A stretch of 64,000 bases of DNA from Armatimonadota bacterium (GTDB lineage: Bacteria > Armatimonadota > SYMT01): positions 96,001 through 160,000 of the forward strand of contig JAWLHY010000011.1 in NCBI GenBank assembly GCA_041690135.1. The letters run 5' to 3'. Shown piece after piece: positions 1-9,755 of the stretch. Position numbers and translations under genes: made by a program. Every line of letters begins with the position of its first letter. The stretch's first letter is position 1. The notes below the pieces were generated by a model that made no database searches, was not told where the DNA came from, and worked only from the letters and a program-made list of their open reading frames with translations.

Positions 1-17
1 GGGGGAAAGGAGAGATC

Positions 18-2111
18 TTGCGGCGCAGCGAAAAGGGGAGAGACCGTCCCATCTGCGTCAATGGGCGCGTTACCCCTGCCTCTGTTGTTGAGAAGCCCCG
101 CCGGACCGCTACCGAGACCATGCTGAACCGCTTTCCCCGGATGCTCCAGGAATACTACGTCGCCCGCGTGCGCGCGGTCGAGGCCGACAGCGACCGCCGC
201 AAGGCGAAGATCCGCACCCGCTCCGATGCCGAGGAGTACGTCCGCGAGACCCGCGGCAAGGTGCTCCGCTGCTTCGGGCCGTTCCCGGAGCGGACCCCGC
301 TGCTGCCGGAGATCACCGGTGTGCTGGAGCGCGACACCTACCGCGTGGAGAAGCTGCTGTTCCAGAGCCGCCCCAACTTCTTCGTAACGGCGAACCTGTA
401 CGTGCCGAAGGGGCGCTCCGGCCGGATGCCGGGCGTGGTGGCGAGCTGCGGGCACTCCGTGGACGGCAAGACCGCCGAGCCGTACCAGTCGTTCGCGCAG
501 GGGCTCGCGCGGCTGGGCTACGTCTGCCTCATCTTCGACCCCATCGGCCAGGGCGAGCGGCTCCAGTACCCCAACGGCAAAGGTGGGTCGACGGTGGGCG
601 TGGGCACCGGCGAGCACCTGCAGGCGGGCAACCCGCAGTTCCTGATCGGCGAGTTCTTCGGCGCCTGGCGGGCCTGGGACGGGATCCGCGCGCTGGACTA
701 CCTGCTGACCCGGCCGGAGGTGGACCCGCGGCACGTGGGCATTACCGGCAACTCCGGCGGCGGCACGCTTTCCACCTGGCTCTTCGGGCTGGACCCCCGC
801 TGGACGATGGGGGCGCCCTCCTGCTTCGTCACCACCTTCCGCCGGAACCTGGAGAACGAGCTGCCCGCCGACACGGAGCAGTGCCCGCCGCACGCGCTGG
901 CCCTCGGCCTGGACCACGACGACTTCCTCGCCCCCGCCGCGCCCCGCCCGCTGATCGTGCTGACCAAGGAGAAGGACTACTTCGACCAGCGCGGCTCGCA
1001 GGAGGCGTTCGCCCGGCTGAAGCGGCTCTACACGGCGTTCGGCCGACCGGACGACGTGGAAATCTTCACCGGCCCCACCGGCCATGGCTACTCACAGGAG
1101 AACCGGGAGGCGATGTACCGCTTCTTCAACCGGGTCACCGGGGCGAGCGACGCGAAAACGGAGCCGGCGCTCAAGATCGAGAACCCGAAGGACCTGCAGG
1201 TCACGATGACCGGCCAGGTGGAAGAGCTGCACTCCCATACGGTGATGTTCTTCACCGGGGCCACCAGCGAGACCCAGGCCCTGCGCCGGGGGAAGCCGCG
1301 CGGGCAGGACCTCCGCCGCCGGGTGATGGCGCAGCTTCAGCTACCGGCGCGAAACGGCGCACCGGACTACCGGATCCTGCGCCCGCTCCGCCGCAGCCCC
1401 GGCTGGCCCCGCACGGGCGCCGCCAACTACGCGGTGGAGACGGAGCCCGGCATCCAGGTGCTGACGTACATGCCGGTGAATGAGACCTGGTACTCCCGGC
1501 CACCCCAGGGCGCGGGCGACGACCCGGTGCTGCTCTACGTGCCGCACCTCTCCAGCGATCTCGACCTCTCCGGGGAGCCGCTGCTCCACGACCTGACCGG
1601 AAAGGTGCCGGCCGGGAAGCCATTCTTCTGCGCCGACCTCCGCGGCATGGGCGACTCCCAGCCCAACACCTGCGGCCCGGACACCTTCCGCTCCCCCTAC
1701 GGCTGCGACTACTTCTACGCCGTCCACGGGATCATGCTCGACCGCTCCCTGGTCGCGCAGCGGGTCCACGACCTGCTCTCCGTCGTCGACTGGCTGGCCG
1801 ATCACGGCTACCGGCGCGTCCACCTCGCGGCCCGCGGGCACGGCAGCGTCCCCGCCGCCCTGGCGGCCCTCCTGGACGACCGCATCGTCCAGGTCACCCT
1901 CAAGAACCCGCTAGTCTCCTGGTCCGCCCTCGCCGAGGCGGACCGGAACAACTGGCCGCTTTCCGCCTATCAGCCGGCCGTGCTCCGCCACTTCGACCTC
2001 CCCGACGTCTACGCCGAGTTGGAAGCCCGCAAGCAGCTCACCCTCACCGCCCCCTGGGGGGCCGTGGACTTCACGCACACCCCAACCCCCCAATCGGGTC
2101 CGCTAAGGTAG
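18..2111 (+). CDS. Alpha/beta-hydrolase, acetylxylan esterase (AXE1/Abhydrolase_7)-like, two-domain; true start may be ATG at 120
   Basis: Motifs VTANLYVP, CGHS..GK, FDPIGQGER, DGIRALDYL..RPEVD, nucleophile elbow GNSGGG and HGY; second degenerate hydrolase half (DLRGMGD); strong GC3 codon bias. Confidence 0.8.
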   Translation: MRRSEKGRDRPICVNGRVTPASVVEKPRRTATETMLNRFPRMLQEYYVARVRAVEADSDRRKAKIRTRSDAEEYVRETRGKVLRCFGPFPERTPLLPEITGVLERDTYRVEKLLFQSRPNFFVTANLYVPKGRSGRMPGVVASCGHSVDGKTAEPYQSFAQGLARLGYVCLIFDPIGQGERLQYPNGKGGSTVGVGTGEHLQAGNPQFLIGEFFGAWRAWDGIRALDYLLTRPEVDPRHVGITGNSGGGTLSTWLFGLDPRWTMGAPSCFVTTFRRNLENELPADTEQCPPHALALGLDHDDFLAPAAPRPLIVLTKEKDYFDQRGSQEAFARLKRLYTAFGRPDDVEIFTGPTGHGYSQENREAMYRFFNRVTGASDAKTEPALKIENPKDLQVTMTGQVEELHSHTVMFFTGATSETQALRRGKPRGQDLRRRVMAQLQLPARNGAPDYRILRPLRRSPGWPRTGAANYAVETEPGIQVLTYMPVNETWYSRPPQGAGDDPVLLYVPHLSSDLDLSGEPLLHDLTGKVPAGKPFFCADLRGMGDSQPNTCGPDTFRSPYGCDYFYAVHGIMLDRSLVAQRVHDLLSVVDWLADHGYRRVHLAARGHGSVPAALAALLDDRIVQVTLKNPLVSWSALAEADRNNWPLSAYQPAVLRHFDLPDVYAELEARKQLTLTAPWGAVDFTHTPTPQSGPLR

Positions 2112-2371
2112 CAGAGGGCAGGTACATGCGTGGGTGATGCCCGTTGGTCACGGCGCAAGCCTGGGGTGCAACTTGTCGCCGCTTCTGGACACGGCCCGCT
2201 CCGACCGCACCTGTTCCGGCCCACTAAGGTAGCAGAGGCCCTCGTGGCCGTTGGTCACGGCACGAGCCTGGGGTGAAACTCGTCGACCCCGTTGATCACG
2301 GCCCGCACCTGCCTGGTTGCGAATTTCGCGAGCCCGGTCACCGCATCCGCTCTGCACACGGTGCCGCGGCC
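2105..2371 (-). repeat. Two adjacent copies (2105-2212 partial, 2225-2371) of a ~145-bp dispersed REP-like element
   Basis: Both begin AAGGTAGCAGAGG and share GTTGGTCACGGC..AGCCTGGGGTG(C/A)AACT; the same element occurs inverted at 17720-17866 and 37589-37733. Confidence 0.8.
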
Positions 2372-2647
2372 TTCCTCCCCCTGATCCCGGCACGTGCTCA
2401 CGTGCAACGTGGTTGATTCCGTTCCGTGGTGGCTTTACCCGTCTCCTTGGCCGGGATGGGTGAAGCCCGACAGCCGGGATACCACTCGTGACGTCCCGGA
2501 CGTCTAAAGCGACGGGCCTGCTAGAAAGACACCTCTCATTGAGTGTGCAGCAGGCCAGCAGCGGGGTGAGAGACCCCCTGGCTGCTCGCAACTCTCCGCC
2601 TGGAGAAGACCTTTCCAAGGGCCCTTTGCTGTCGCTGTTGCTGAAGA

Positions 2648-4321
2648 GTGTGGCTAATGGCACTCGTCCTCCTCCGATGGTTCCTCTACAGTTCAGTGTG
2701 GCTTCTTCTCCTGTGCGGAAGCCCGGCGCTCGCGGAAGATCCCCGACCAGCGCTCTTTCCCCAGGATCAACGCCTGGATCGCAAGATCACCCTCCAGAAG
2801 TGGCGAGTGTACCTGGGAGAGTTCCTGGAGTTGCTGAGTGCCCGTTCGGGTGTTCCCCTTAAGGTAGATACAGCCAAAGCTCCGGTCGACGGCATCGAGC
2901 TAAGCGTTTGCCTGCGCGACCAGCCGGTCCGCGAGGTGATGGGTGCGCTGGTGGGGCTGCTGGAGCAAAAGGCGAACCGGTGGGAGTGGCAGGCGAACCA
3001 GGAAGGGACACGTTACACCCTCCGGTACCAGCGCTCTCCCGCGGAGACCGTCGCCGCCGCCCGCAAGGCGGTCGCGGAGGAGTGGGCACGGGATGTGCGC
3101 GAGTTTTACGCCACGGCCAGGCTCGTGGAACCGGCCCGTGCCGAGCGCGCTGCACTTCGCCCCGACCTCTTTCCCCAGGGCATGCTCGCCAGCGGTCGGC
3201 CCGACCTTTTGGCGGCACTCTCCCCGGAGCAATTGGAAGCGGTGCTGCGCGGGACCCGGGTGACCTTCGACCCCAACCGCCTTCCGCCTACCCAGCGCCG
3301 GGCCCTGTCGTTAGGGATTTCGGGTGAACTCGCTGGAGGAGGGAAGCAGGCGGCCTTCTTGGTTCGTTGGGATGAGGATCGGCCCGGCCCGATCCTCTGG
3401 CTGGAGAATGGAAACGGCACCAGCGCCAGTGTCGTGGGAGGCGTGCGGTGGGACCGGAACTGGATGCGCCGGGAGCTTGCGGGCTGGATCACGCAGTATT
3501 CCGATGGGGTTTACGAGTTCCACCAGCAGCGGCAAAAACAACCGCTCGATCCGGATCTTGGCCGGCCGCTCACCGGAGATGCATTGACGGTGTTCGAATG
3601 GCTCAAGCAACTGTCAGAAATCCAACCACTGAATTTCCTGGCTGATCCGGTCATCCCTTCAGGAGGCGGTACCTTCGGGGGTGCATGGATCGGCCGCACG
3701 GTGGAGCAGAGTATGCAGGCCCTGGTCTTCTCTACGGGACTGGTGGAGAAGCGCCACGGCAGTATCCATCTCCTCCGTCACCGCAGCGCGGGCGTGAACC
3801 CCCGCAGCGGCCTGGTGTCGTGGTCCTTCATCCGGAAGCTCCGGGAAACCGCGAAACGCCATGACGGCTACCTCGACCCCGCGACCCTGGCGGAGCTTTC
3901 CCGCCTGCGGGAGCCGCAGTTGCACAGCCTGGCTGGGGAGTTCCCCTCGGCGGACTACACCTTGCTCCGGCCGTTCCGCGGGGTTTGTCGGTTCCTGGAT
4001 GCGCTGACGCCCGAGACGCGGGCGCGCCTGACGCGCCCGGAGGGACTGCCGTTTCGAGACGCGGGAATGGTGGCCCGGGCGGCGCTGGCGGAAGACCCGG
4101 ATCCGCGAAGTCAGCAGGAACTGGAACTGCTGACCGCCCGGGGAAACGACGCGAGCGTGGCGCTACGCCTGGAGACCCGCGAACGGCGGTCGGCGCGCCT
4201 ACCTCCGGACGCTCCGCCGCAGCGGGTGCCGCTGGTGATCTGGGAAGTGCGGGTGCCGGGCGAGCAACCCCTTCGACGAGGCTTCGCGCTGTCGCGGCGA
4301 ACACCGCTGCGTCCCGAATAG
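2648..4321 (+). CDS. Hypothetical secreted protein with an N-terminal STN/secretin-N-like segment (ATG at 2657 likely)
   Basis: 557-aa ORF with a hydrophobic signal peptide ending ALA; DQRLDRKITL...LGEFLELLS..SGVPL pattern. Confidence 0.55.
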   Translation: MWLMALVLLRWFLYSSVWLLLLCGSPALAEDPRPALFPQDQRLDRKITLQKWRVYLGEFLELLSARSGVPLKVDTAKAPVDGIELSVCLRDQPVREVMGALVGLLEQKANRWEWQANQEGTRYTLRYQRSPAETVAAARKAVAEEWARDVREFYATARLVEPARAERAALRPDLFPQGMLASGRPDLLAALSPEQLEAVLRGTRVTFDPNRLPPTQRRALSLGISGELAGGGKQAAFLVRWDEDRPGPILWLENGNGTSASVVGGVRWDRNWMRRELAGWITQYSDGVYEFHQQRQKQPLDPDLGRPLTGDALTVFEWLKQLSEIQPLNFLADPVIPSGGGTFGGAWIGRTVEQSMQALVFSTGLVEKRHGSIHLLRHRSAGVNPRSGLVSWSFIRKLRETAKRHDGYLDPATLAELSRLREPQLHSLAGEFPSADYTLLRPFRGVCRFLDALTPETRARLTRPEGLPFRDAGMVARAALAEDPDPRSQQELELLTARGNDASVALRLETRERRSARLPPDAPPQRVPLVIWEVRVPGEQPLRRGFALSRRTPLRPE

Positions 4322-4426
4322 AACGTGGGCCGGTCTCGGGCCTGCGATCCGGCGGAGCATCGTCCAGACCCAAAACGAGACGATGCTCCCTCAAGAACGA
4401 ACGCGGCCACGGGACTGCCGTGCAGA

Positions 4427-5254
4427 TCAGTCTCTTGGAGGCGTGATCAGAGCGGGCGCGCACTCCTCCGCGGCCCGGCGGTACTTGGAGGCCGGGGCCG
4501 CCTCCAGTTGGAACGAGCGGATCAGGTCCTGGAACAGGCCGGGCAGCCGGTGCCGGAACTTGAGTTCCAGGATCGTCACGTCGAGTGGCACCGGCGTGAT
4601 CCCCTCCCACGACGGCCGCAAGCCGGTCGCGGGGGCACAGAACACCTCCCGGTCGAGGGTGAGGCGCACCGGGCCTCCTTCCGTTTCCCCCTCCCGCGCG
4701 AGGCGGCGATAAGCCACCTGGCAGGTGGGGATGAGGCGCCGTTCCTCTAAGGCCTGCCGGAACCAGGCGCCGGCCCAGCCGTCCGGGATCTCCGTCGCCT
4801 CGAGCCAGGAGAGCTCAGCCTCGGGGATCCGGTTGCGGACCTTGGTGACCCAGTCCTGCTCCTTCCGCTTTTCCTCGAGATGGATCGCTCCCTCGTCGCC
4901 GTAGCGCCGGATCCGGAACTTGCTGTTCTGGTAACCCGGCCGGCGGCGATAGACCGCGAGATCGGCCGTGTCGAGGTAGACGCTGTGGATCCGGTAGGTC
5001 TCGTCGCCCGTGCGGGCGGCGTGCGGGTCCGCGTCCAGATGCGCCCGTGCCCAGGCGAGGACCCCCTCCACGTGCATGTCCGGTAGCAGGAACTTCAACT
5101 CGTACGCGCCGTCTCTCGTCTCCAGCCGGGGAGAGGCAGTAACGCGGACTACCGGTGGCCGCGGGGGCGGGGCCTGGTTCGCGGAAGGCCGCGGCGGCCG
5201 GCACGGTTGGCGATGTGAAGGATAAGCCTGTTCCATACAACGACTCGGGTTCAA
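4427..5254 (-). CDS. VTC (polyphosphate polymerase) domain protein, CYTH superfamily
   Basis: YELKFLL, D.HA, IHSVYLDT, KFRIRRYG, LEEK.K, VRLTLDR, ILELKF, SKY. Confidence 0.85.
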   Translation of the reverse strand: MNPSRCMEQAYPSHRQPCRPPRPSANQAPPPRPPVVRVTASPRLETRDGAYELKFLLPDMHVEGVLAWARAHLDADPHAARTGDETYRIHSVYLDTADLAVYRRRPGYQNSKFRIRRYGDEGAIHLEEKRKEQDWVTKVRNRIPEAELSWLEATEIPDGWAGAWFRQALEERRLIPTCQVAYRRLAREGETEGGPVRLTLDREVFCAPATGLRPSWEGITPVPLDVTILELKFRHRLPGLFQDLIRSFQLEAAPASKYRRAAEECAPALITPPRD

Positions 5255-5472
5255 CAGGTAACGACGGGACAGTCGACCATTACTGAGACGCAGGCGCCCG
5301 CAATCTGTTTTGGGTAGGGTGGATGCGCCGCACGTAACCGGACCGATTTGGGAACCCGCCTACTTCTGGGTACGCGAGTTTTCTTCCGTGTCCTTCCGTG
5401 TGTTCCGCGGGCAAAAACGGCTCCTCACCTCCGCGATCCTGGTAGGAACCACTCGGTTTGAGCCCTTGTTTC

Positions 5473-7464
5473 TCAACGCGCCAGCTTCTGGATCTCTGGG
5501 TGGGAGAGCAGGTAGGCACGCCGCTGCGTGACGAAGCTCCGCAGATCGAGTTGGCCGCGCCGGCCTGCCGGGGCCGCCGGAGTCGCCGCGGCGCCGGTAG
5601 CCGGCTGCAGGCCAAGGCCGGCGTGGAACGCCTCCGTGGTGGAGAGCTTGCGCGTATCGGCCGCCACGTCGCGCTCGATCAGGGCCGCGTACTGGGCCAC
5701 CACCGGCTGGAGCTGCTTCCAATCCATCCACTCTTCTGCGACTCCCCGCACGTACTGGAGGTAACGTGTCCGGTACTCGGGCACTGCCAGGAGCTTGCTC
5801 AACAGCGGCTTGCGCGGATCGTTGACGGCTACCAGGGGATCGAGCTCCACTCCGCCGCTACCCGGTCCACCCGGTCCACCGCGGAAATCGCCCGGTCCCC
5901 CCGGAAGCCCTCCGGGGAAGCCGCCCGGTCCTCCGGGGAAACCACCGCCCGGAGCACCCGGACCTTCCGCGCCCGGACGTCCCTGCGGGAGAGCGCCGCG
6001 GCCCCCGGCGCGCGGATCACCGCCAATCGGCCCGCCCGGGAAACCGCCCGGTCCTCCCGCACCCCGGGGACCGCGAGGACCCCGGCCTCCCGGCCCGCCC
6101 ATCCCCGGCCCGCCGCCAGTGTGGAATGTCTCGTTCATGTCGTGAGGTAGGATGTGGAGCTTCCCCTTGCTGTCCAGATAGAGACTGAAGTCGCTGGCGC
6201 GGATCCAGTAGCCGTCCTCGTTGATGAAGGCGTTGTCGAGCGCCAGGAACCGGAGCGCTTCGTTCACGGCGAAGATCGGCTCCAGGGCCGCCTTGAGCTG
6301 GGAAGGAGGGGTCTGGTCCAGGACCCGCGAGACCCGGATCAGCGCCTTCCAGCCCTTCTCCGCCTTCTCCGCGTTCTCGGTCTTGATCTCGTAGAACCGC
6401 TGGTACGCGGCGGGGTCCTCACCGAAGTAGGCCAGCCCGCCGCCTCCCGCGGGGCTGCCGGGGGCCTTCCAGCGCACGCCCTTGGAGTCGCCGTAGTGCT
6501 CCTTTACGTAGTCGCCGTTGAACTGTTCGGCGTTGGCGTAGATTCCCCAGCTCTCCCCGTTGATGACCACGCGCACCAGGTTGACCTTGGGAGCCGGCAG
6601 GTAGCGCCGCGCGACGTGGGAGAACAGCGCTGCCCGGAGGAAAGTGGGGTCGCCGTTGGAGTTGAGCAGGTTCAGCGTTTTGTAGCCCAGAAGGCGCTGC
6701 TTCGAGTCGGCCAGATCCACGGAGAGGTTCAGCGACCGCTTGTAGCCGCGGGGGATCATCATGTAAGAGGAAGCCCCCCGGAAGTGGATGCCCACGTTCG
6801 GGTACTGCTTGCCGTCCACCGTCATCCGGGCCGGCACGTCCACGTCGGTGCCGCGGAAGTCTTCCAGCTCGGCCTCCCAGTCCTGGTTTTCGAACTCCAG
6901 GAAGATCGTCCGAAGCACACTGGGATCATAGAGGGATGCGTCGCCGGCGCTCTTCACGTCGGAAACTGCGACCTTCGGCCCTTCCTGGGGTGTCTCCGTG
7001 AAGCGGCCACGCCCGAAGCCACCGGGGCCTCCCGGTCCACCCGGAAACCCTCCCGGACCGCCAGGTCCTCCCGGCCCACCGGGACCACCCGCGAAACCGC
7101 CCGGTCCTCCCGGTCCCCGCTGCGGACGTCCGCCGCCCGCTCGGCCGGAGGTCTTCAGCGACTCCCGCGCCGCCTGCCGCTCCGCGGTGTTCAGCCAGCC
7201 GTCGCCGTTCTTATCGAACTGCTTCACCAGCTTCAGCTCTTCCCGGCCCGGGCCGAACCCTCCGCGTCCACCGGGAAAGCCGCCCGGTCCACCGGGAAAG
7301 CCGCCCGGTCCATCGGGAAAGCCGCCGGGGAATCCCTGTCCCGCCGGTACCCCGTCCGGTCGGTCTGGCGGGTTCGGAACCGGACCCTGGGCCATGGCCG
7401 TGCCCAGGATCCCCAGCGTTGCGACCACGGCGGCCCCGTGCGTCCAGATTGCCACCTTCTTCAT
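5473..7464 (-). CDS. CotH kinase family secreted protein with an EF-hand and Gly/Pro/Phe-rich low-complexity tracts
   Basis: Signal peptide; DKNGDGWLNTAE EF-hand; VGIHFRGASS, KRSLNL, LNLLN, V.INGESWGIY.NAEQ, ILPHDMNE. Confidence 0.85.
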   Translation of the reverse strand: MKKVAIWTHGAAVVATLGILGTAMAQGPVPNPPDRPDGVPAGQGFPGGFPDGPGGFPGGPGGFPGGRGGFGPGREELKLVKQFDKNGDGWLNTAERQAARESLKTSGRAGGGRPQRGPGGPGGFAGGPGGPGGPGGPGGFPGGPGGPGGFGRGRFTETPQEGPKVAVSDVKSAGDASLYDPSVLRTIFLEFENQDWEAELEDFRGTDVDVPARMTVDGKQYPNVGIHFRGASSYMMIPRGYKRSLNLSVDLADSKQRLLGYKTLNLLNSNGDPTFLRAALFSHVARRYLPAPKVNLVRVVINGESWGIYANAEQFNGDYVKEHYGDSKGVRWKAPGSPAGGGGLAYFGEDPAAYQRFYEIKTENAEKAEKGWKALIRVSRVLDQTPPSQLKAALEPIFAVNEALRFLALDNAFINEDGYWIRASDFSLYLDSKGKLHILPHDMNETFHTGGGPGMGGPGGRGPRGPRGAGGPGGFPGGPIGGDPRAGGRGALPQGRPGAEGPGAPGGGFPGGPGGFPGGLPGGPGDFRGGPGGPGSGGVELDPLVAVNDPRKPLLSKLLAVPEYRTRYLQYVRGVAEEWMDWKQLQPVVAQYAALIERDVAADTRKLSTTEAFHAGLGLQPATGAAATPAAPAGRRGQLDLRSFVTQRRAYLLSHPEIQKLAR

Positions 7465-7719
7465 CCCTCAAATCTCCCCCGGGGAACTGCGCCCGGTCCG
7501 GCACTCGGCGCGGATGTTGTTCCGGCACTGCTCAGTTTGACGCTGGAGTTCTGAAGGAATTGTGAAGCGGCTCTCCGGAGTGTTCGTGAGCGCTCTCAGG
7601 CACGCAGCTTCTGGTGGGCAGCTACCACCGGGAGAGCGGGTTACATCCGGGGATGACGGGGGAAACTCCCTCCAGAACATTCTGGACGTGCCGCATCTCC
7701 GCGGCAAAGGAGGGTACCG

Positions 7720-8064
7720 GTGCAACGGATTGAACCGCGAGAGTTGAACGAGGAACTGCAGCGCGGCGGCGTTTGCGTGCTTGATGTGCGGAGCGAGAGT
7801 GCTTTTGCACAAGCCAACGAGCATATCCCCGGCGACACGCGCCACTCACCCGACCAACTGGAACAGTGGTGGAGCCAGGTCCCCAGGGACTGCCACGTCG
7901 TCACGTTCTGTACCTGACCGAACGAAGCGACTTCCGCCCGGGTGGCGGAATTCCTCGAAAGCCAGGGCTACCGTGCCGACGCCTTGCTGGGCGGCTTCGA
8001 CGCCTGGAAGGAGCAGGGCTTCGCAACGGAGCCACTCCGTACGGCCACTCGCCGCGCAGCCTGA
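7720..8064 (+). CDS. Rhodanese-like domain protein, probable selenoprotein (in-frame TGA 7915-7917 read as Sec; 114 aa)
   Basis: VLDVRS..F...HIPG precedes VVTFCT-TGA; the same frame continues PNEATSARVAEFLESQGYRADALLGGFDAWKEQG (rhodanese C-terminal LxGGxxAW) to TGA 8062-8064; AAGGAGG RBS upstream. Confidence 0.85.
7932..7950 (+). promoter_or_regulatory. Candidate bacterial SECIS hairpin
   Basis: Perfect 7-bp stem TTCCGCC/GGCGGAA with a G-containing loop CGGGT; the loop starts ~21 nt after the in-frame UGA. Confidence 0.7.
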
Positions 8065-8101
8065 TACGACGGGGGACGAAATCGCCCGTCCCCCGTCACA
8101 C

Positions 8102-9541
8102 TCACTCGCGCCGGTAGAGATACCATGACCAGCCGGAGAGCCCGCGGTGGGGAAAGGCGCGGGCCAGCCGGAAGCGGCGACCGGCGGCATCCGTCCAGAT
8201 TTCCGGCGGCGCGGTTTCCCCTTCCAGGCGGTGGACGAGGGTCCACTCCACGCCTTCGGGTGGGTATTGCTCCTGGTCGAAGTAGACCTGGGTCTTCCCG
8301 GCGGGGGCGTAGGGCCAGTAGTAATCCAGGAGCATCCGGTTACGAAAATCGTGGTCGCTCGCCACGGACACGCGTTCGCCGGCGGTCTGGCTCGCCAGGT
8401 ACTGCACCGCCTCGCGGTAACTCCCCCGGCCGTAGGTGGTGAGGGTGTTCAGGTGGATCAGGTTGCCGGTGGTCCATGCCGCGGCGAGGCAGAGCGCCAT
8501 CGCCCGGATCGCCCGCCCACCCGCCAGTGCCCTGCCGAGCAGACTGGCCAGCAGGATGAGCAGGCAGGTCGCGCAGACCAGGAAATACCGCTCGAACAGC
8601 GCGTCCGGTTGCCGCAGTGCCAGCAGGAGCGCGGGCGAGATCACGATGGCGACGAGGTAGAAAATCCACTCGTCCGCACCCTGCCGCCGTAGCGCGGTGA
8701 GCCCGGCCATGCACAATCCCGCCGCCAAGACCAGCGCGACCCAGGGCCCGAAGCCCGCGACGGGCAGACCGAGCGTGTACGCCGCGGTAGTCGCCGCCAC
8801 GCCGGGAATGGAGTATTCGTTTCGGCCGCCGATCGTCAGGTGGCGCAGGTCGACCCAGTAGAGCGCCGCGAGCCCCAGCCACACGGGAAGATGAACGAGC
8901 GCCAGTGATCGCAGCGTGTCCGGCCAGGAAGACCGCTCGCGGACCCGGCGGAGGGTGGTCCAGGCCAGCAGCCCCAGGTAGACGTGGATGAAGGTGAGGT
9001 GAGAGAGGAAGCCAAGGAGGATGCTCCCGGCCAGGAGGAGTGCCCGGGCCGGGGAGGACTGCTCCACGTACCGGTACGCCAGCAGCAAAGAAAGCAGGGT
9101 GCAGAAAACCGCGAACCCGTAGCCCCGCGCCTCCGAGGAGTACTGGATGAGCAGAAAAGAGAGGGCAGTCAACCCCATCGCCGCCACGGCTGCTGCCGTC
9201 CCAGCGCGCGCGCCGACCCGGCCCGCCAGCCCTACCGTGGCGGCCCCGGCCAGCACCGCCGGCAGCCGGTACACCCACCAGAGCGCCTGGTCCCCCAGGA
9301 AGTAGAGGAACAGCGTATTGAGCGGGTGGTTGTTGTCGTGGTGGAGCTCCGTCAGCACCCCGAGCGGGCTCTGCAGGCGCTGTGCCATGCGCAGCGACCA
9401 GATCTCGTCCAGCCAGAAGTCGTTCATCGCCGCCGCCGCCCGCAGCAGCAGCGCGATCACAAGAAACCCCAGCATCGCCAGGGGAAGCGACGTTCGGGGA
9501 ACCGGATGTTCCGCACTTCCGGGTTTCGGTGCTCCAGACAT
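8102..9541 (-). CDS. GT-C superfamily (PMT/GT39-like) integral membrane glycosyltransferase
   Basis: FWLDE, HHDNNHPL, YRLPAVLAG, YSSEARGY, ERYF; many TM helices. Confidence 0.8.
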   Translation of the reverse strand: MSGAPKPGSAEHPVPRTSLPLAMLGFLVIALLLRAAAAMNDFWLDEIWSLRMAQRLQSPLGVLTELHHDNNHPLNTLFLYFLGDQALWWVYRLPAVLAGAATVGLAGRVGARAGTAAAVAAMGLTALSFLLIQYSSEARGYGFAVFCTLLSLLLAYRYVEQSSPARALLLAGSILLGFLSHLTFIHVYLGLLAWTTLRRVRERSSWPDTLRSLALVHLPVWLGLAALYWVDLRHLTIGGRNEYSIPGVAATTAAYTLGLPVAGFGPWVALVLAAGLCMAGLTALRRQGADEWIFYLVAIVISPALLLALRQPDALFERYFLVCATCLLILLASLLGRALAGGRAIRAMALCLAAAWTTGNLIHLNTLTTYGRGSYREAVQYLASQTAGERVSVASDHDFRNRMLLDYYWPYAPAGKTQVYFDQEQYPPEGVEWTLVHRLEGETAPPEIWTDAAGRRFRLARAFPHRGLSGWSWYLYRRE

Positions 9542-9755
9542 TCAGGCCACCCCTCGGGTAGAAGATTCAGGCGGTCAGATACCGTGTAAACCCAGAAGAC
9601 GGTGTGCCCGGCTGATTGGGAAGTCATGTTGCATGAGGATGGGGCTCCGAGAGTGCAGCCTGTTAGCACCCTGCGCCCCGCATATTTGAGATCGTGTGCT
9701 CCGCCTGACCGACACACCGGGAGCCATCCTCGATCCTCACCCGAAGATACCACGG

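Noticed and set aside
2440-2620. Riboswitch upstream of 2648
   Set aside because: Hairpins are present (GCCTGCT...AGCAGGC), but I recognise no aptamer consensus; an Rfam scan is needed.
7915-7917. Nonsense mutation / rhodanese pseudogene
   Set aside because: The UGA falls at a Cys-equivalent position with an adjacent SECIS-like stem and an intact downstream frame, which favours Sec.
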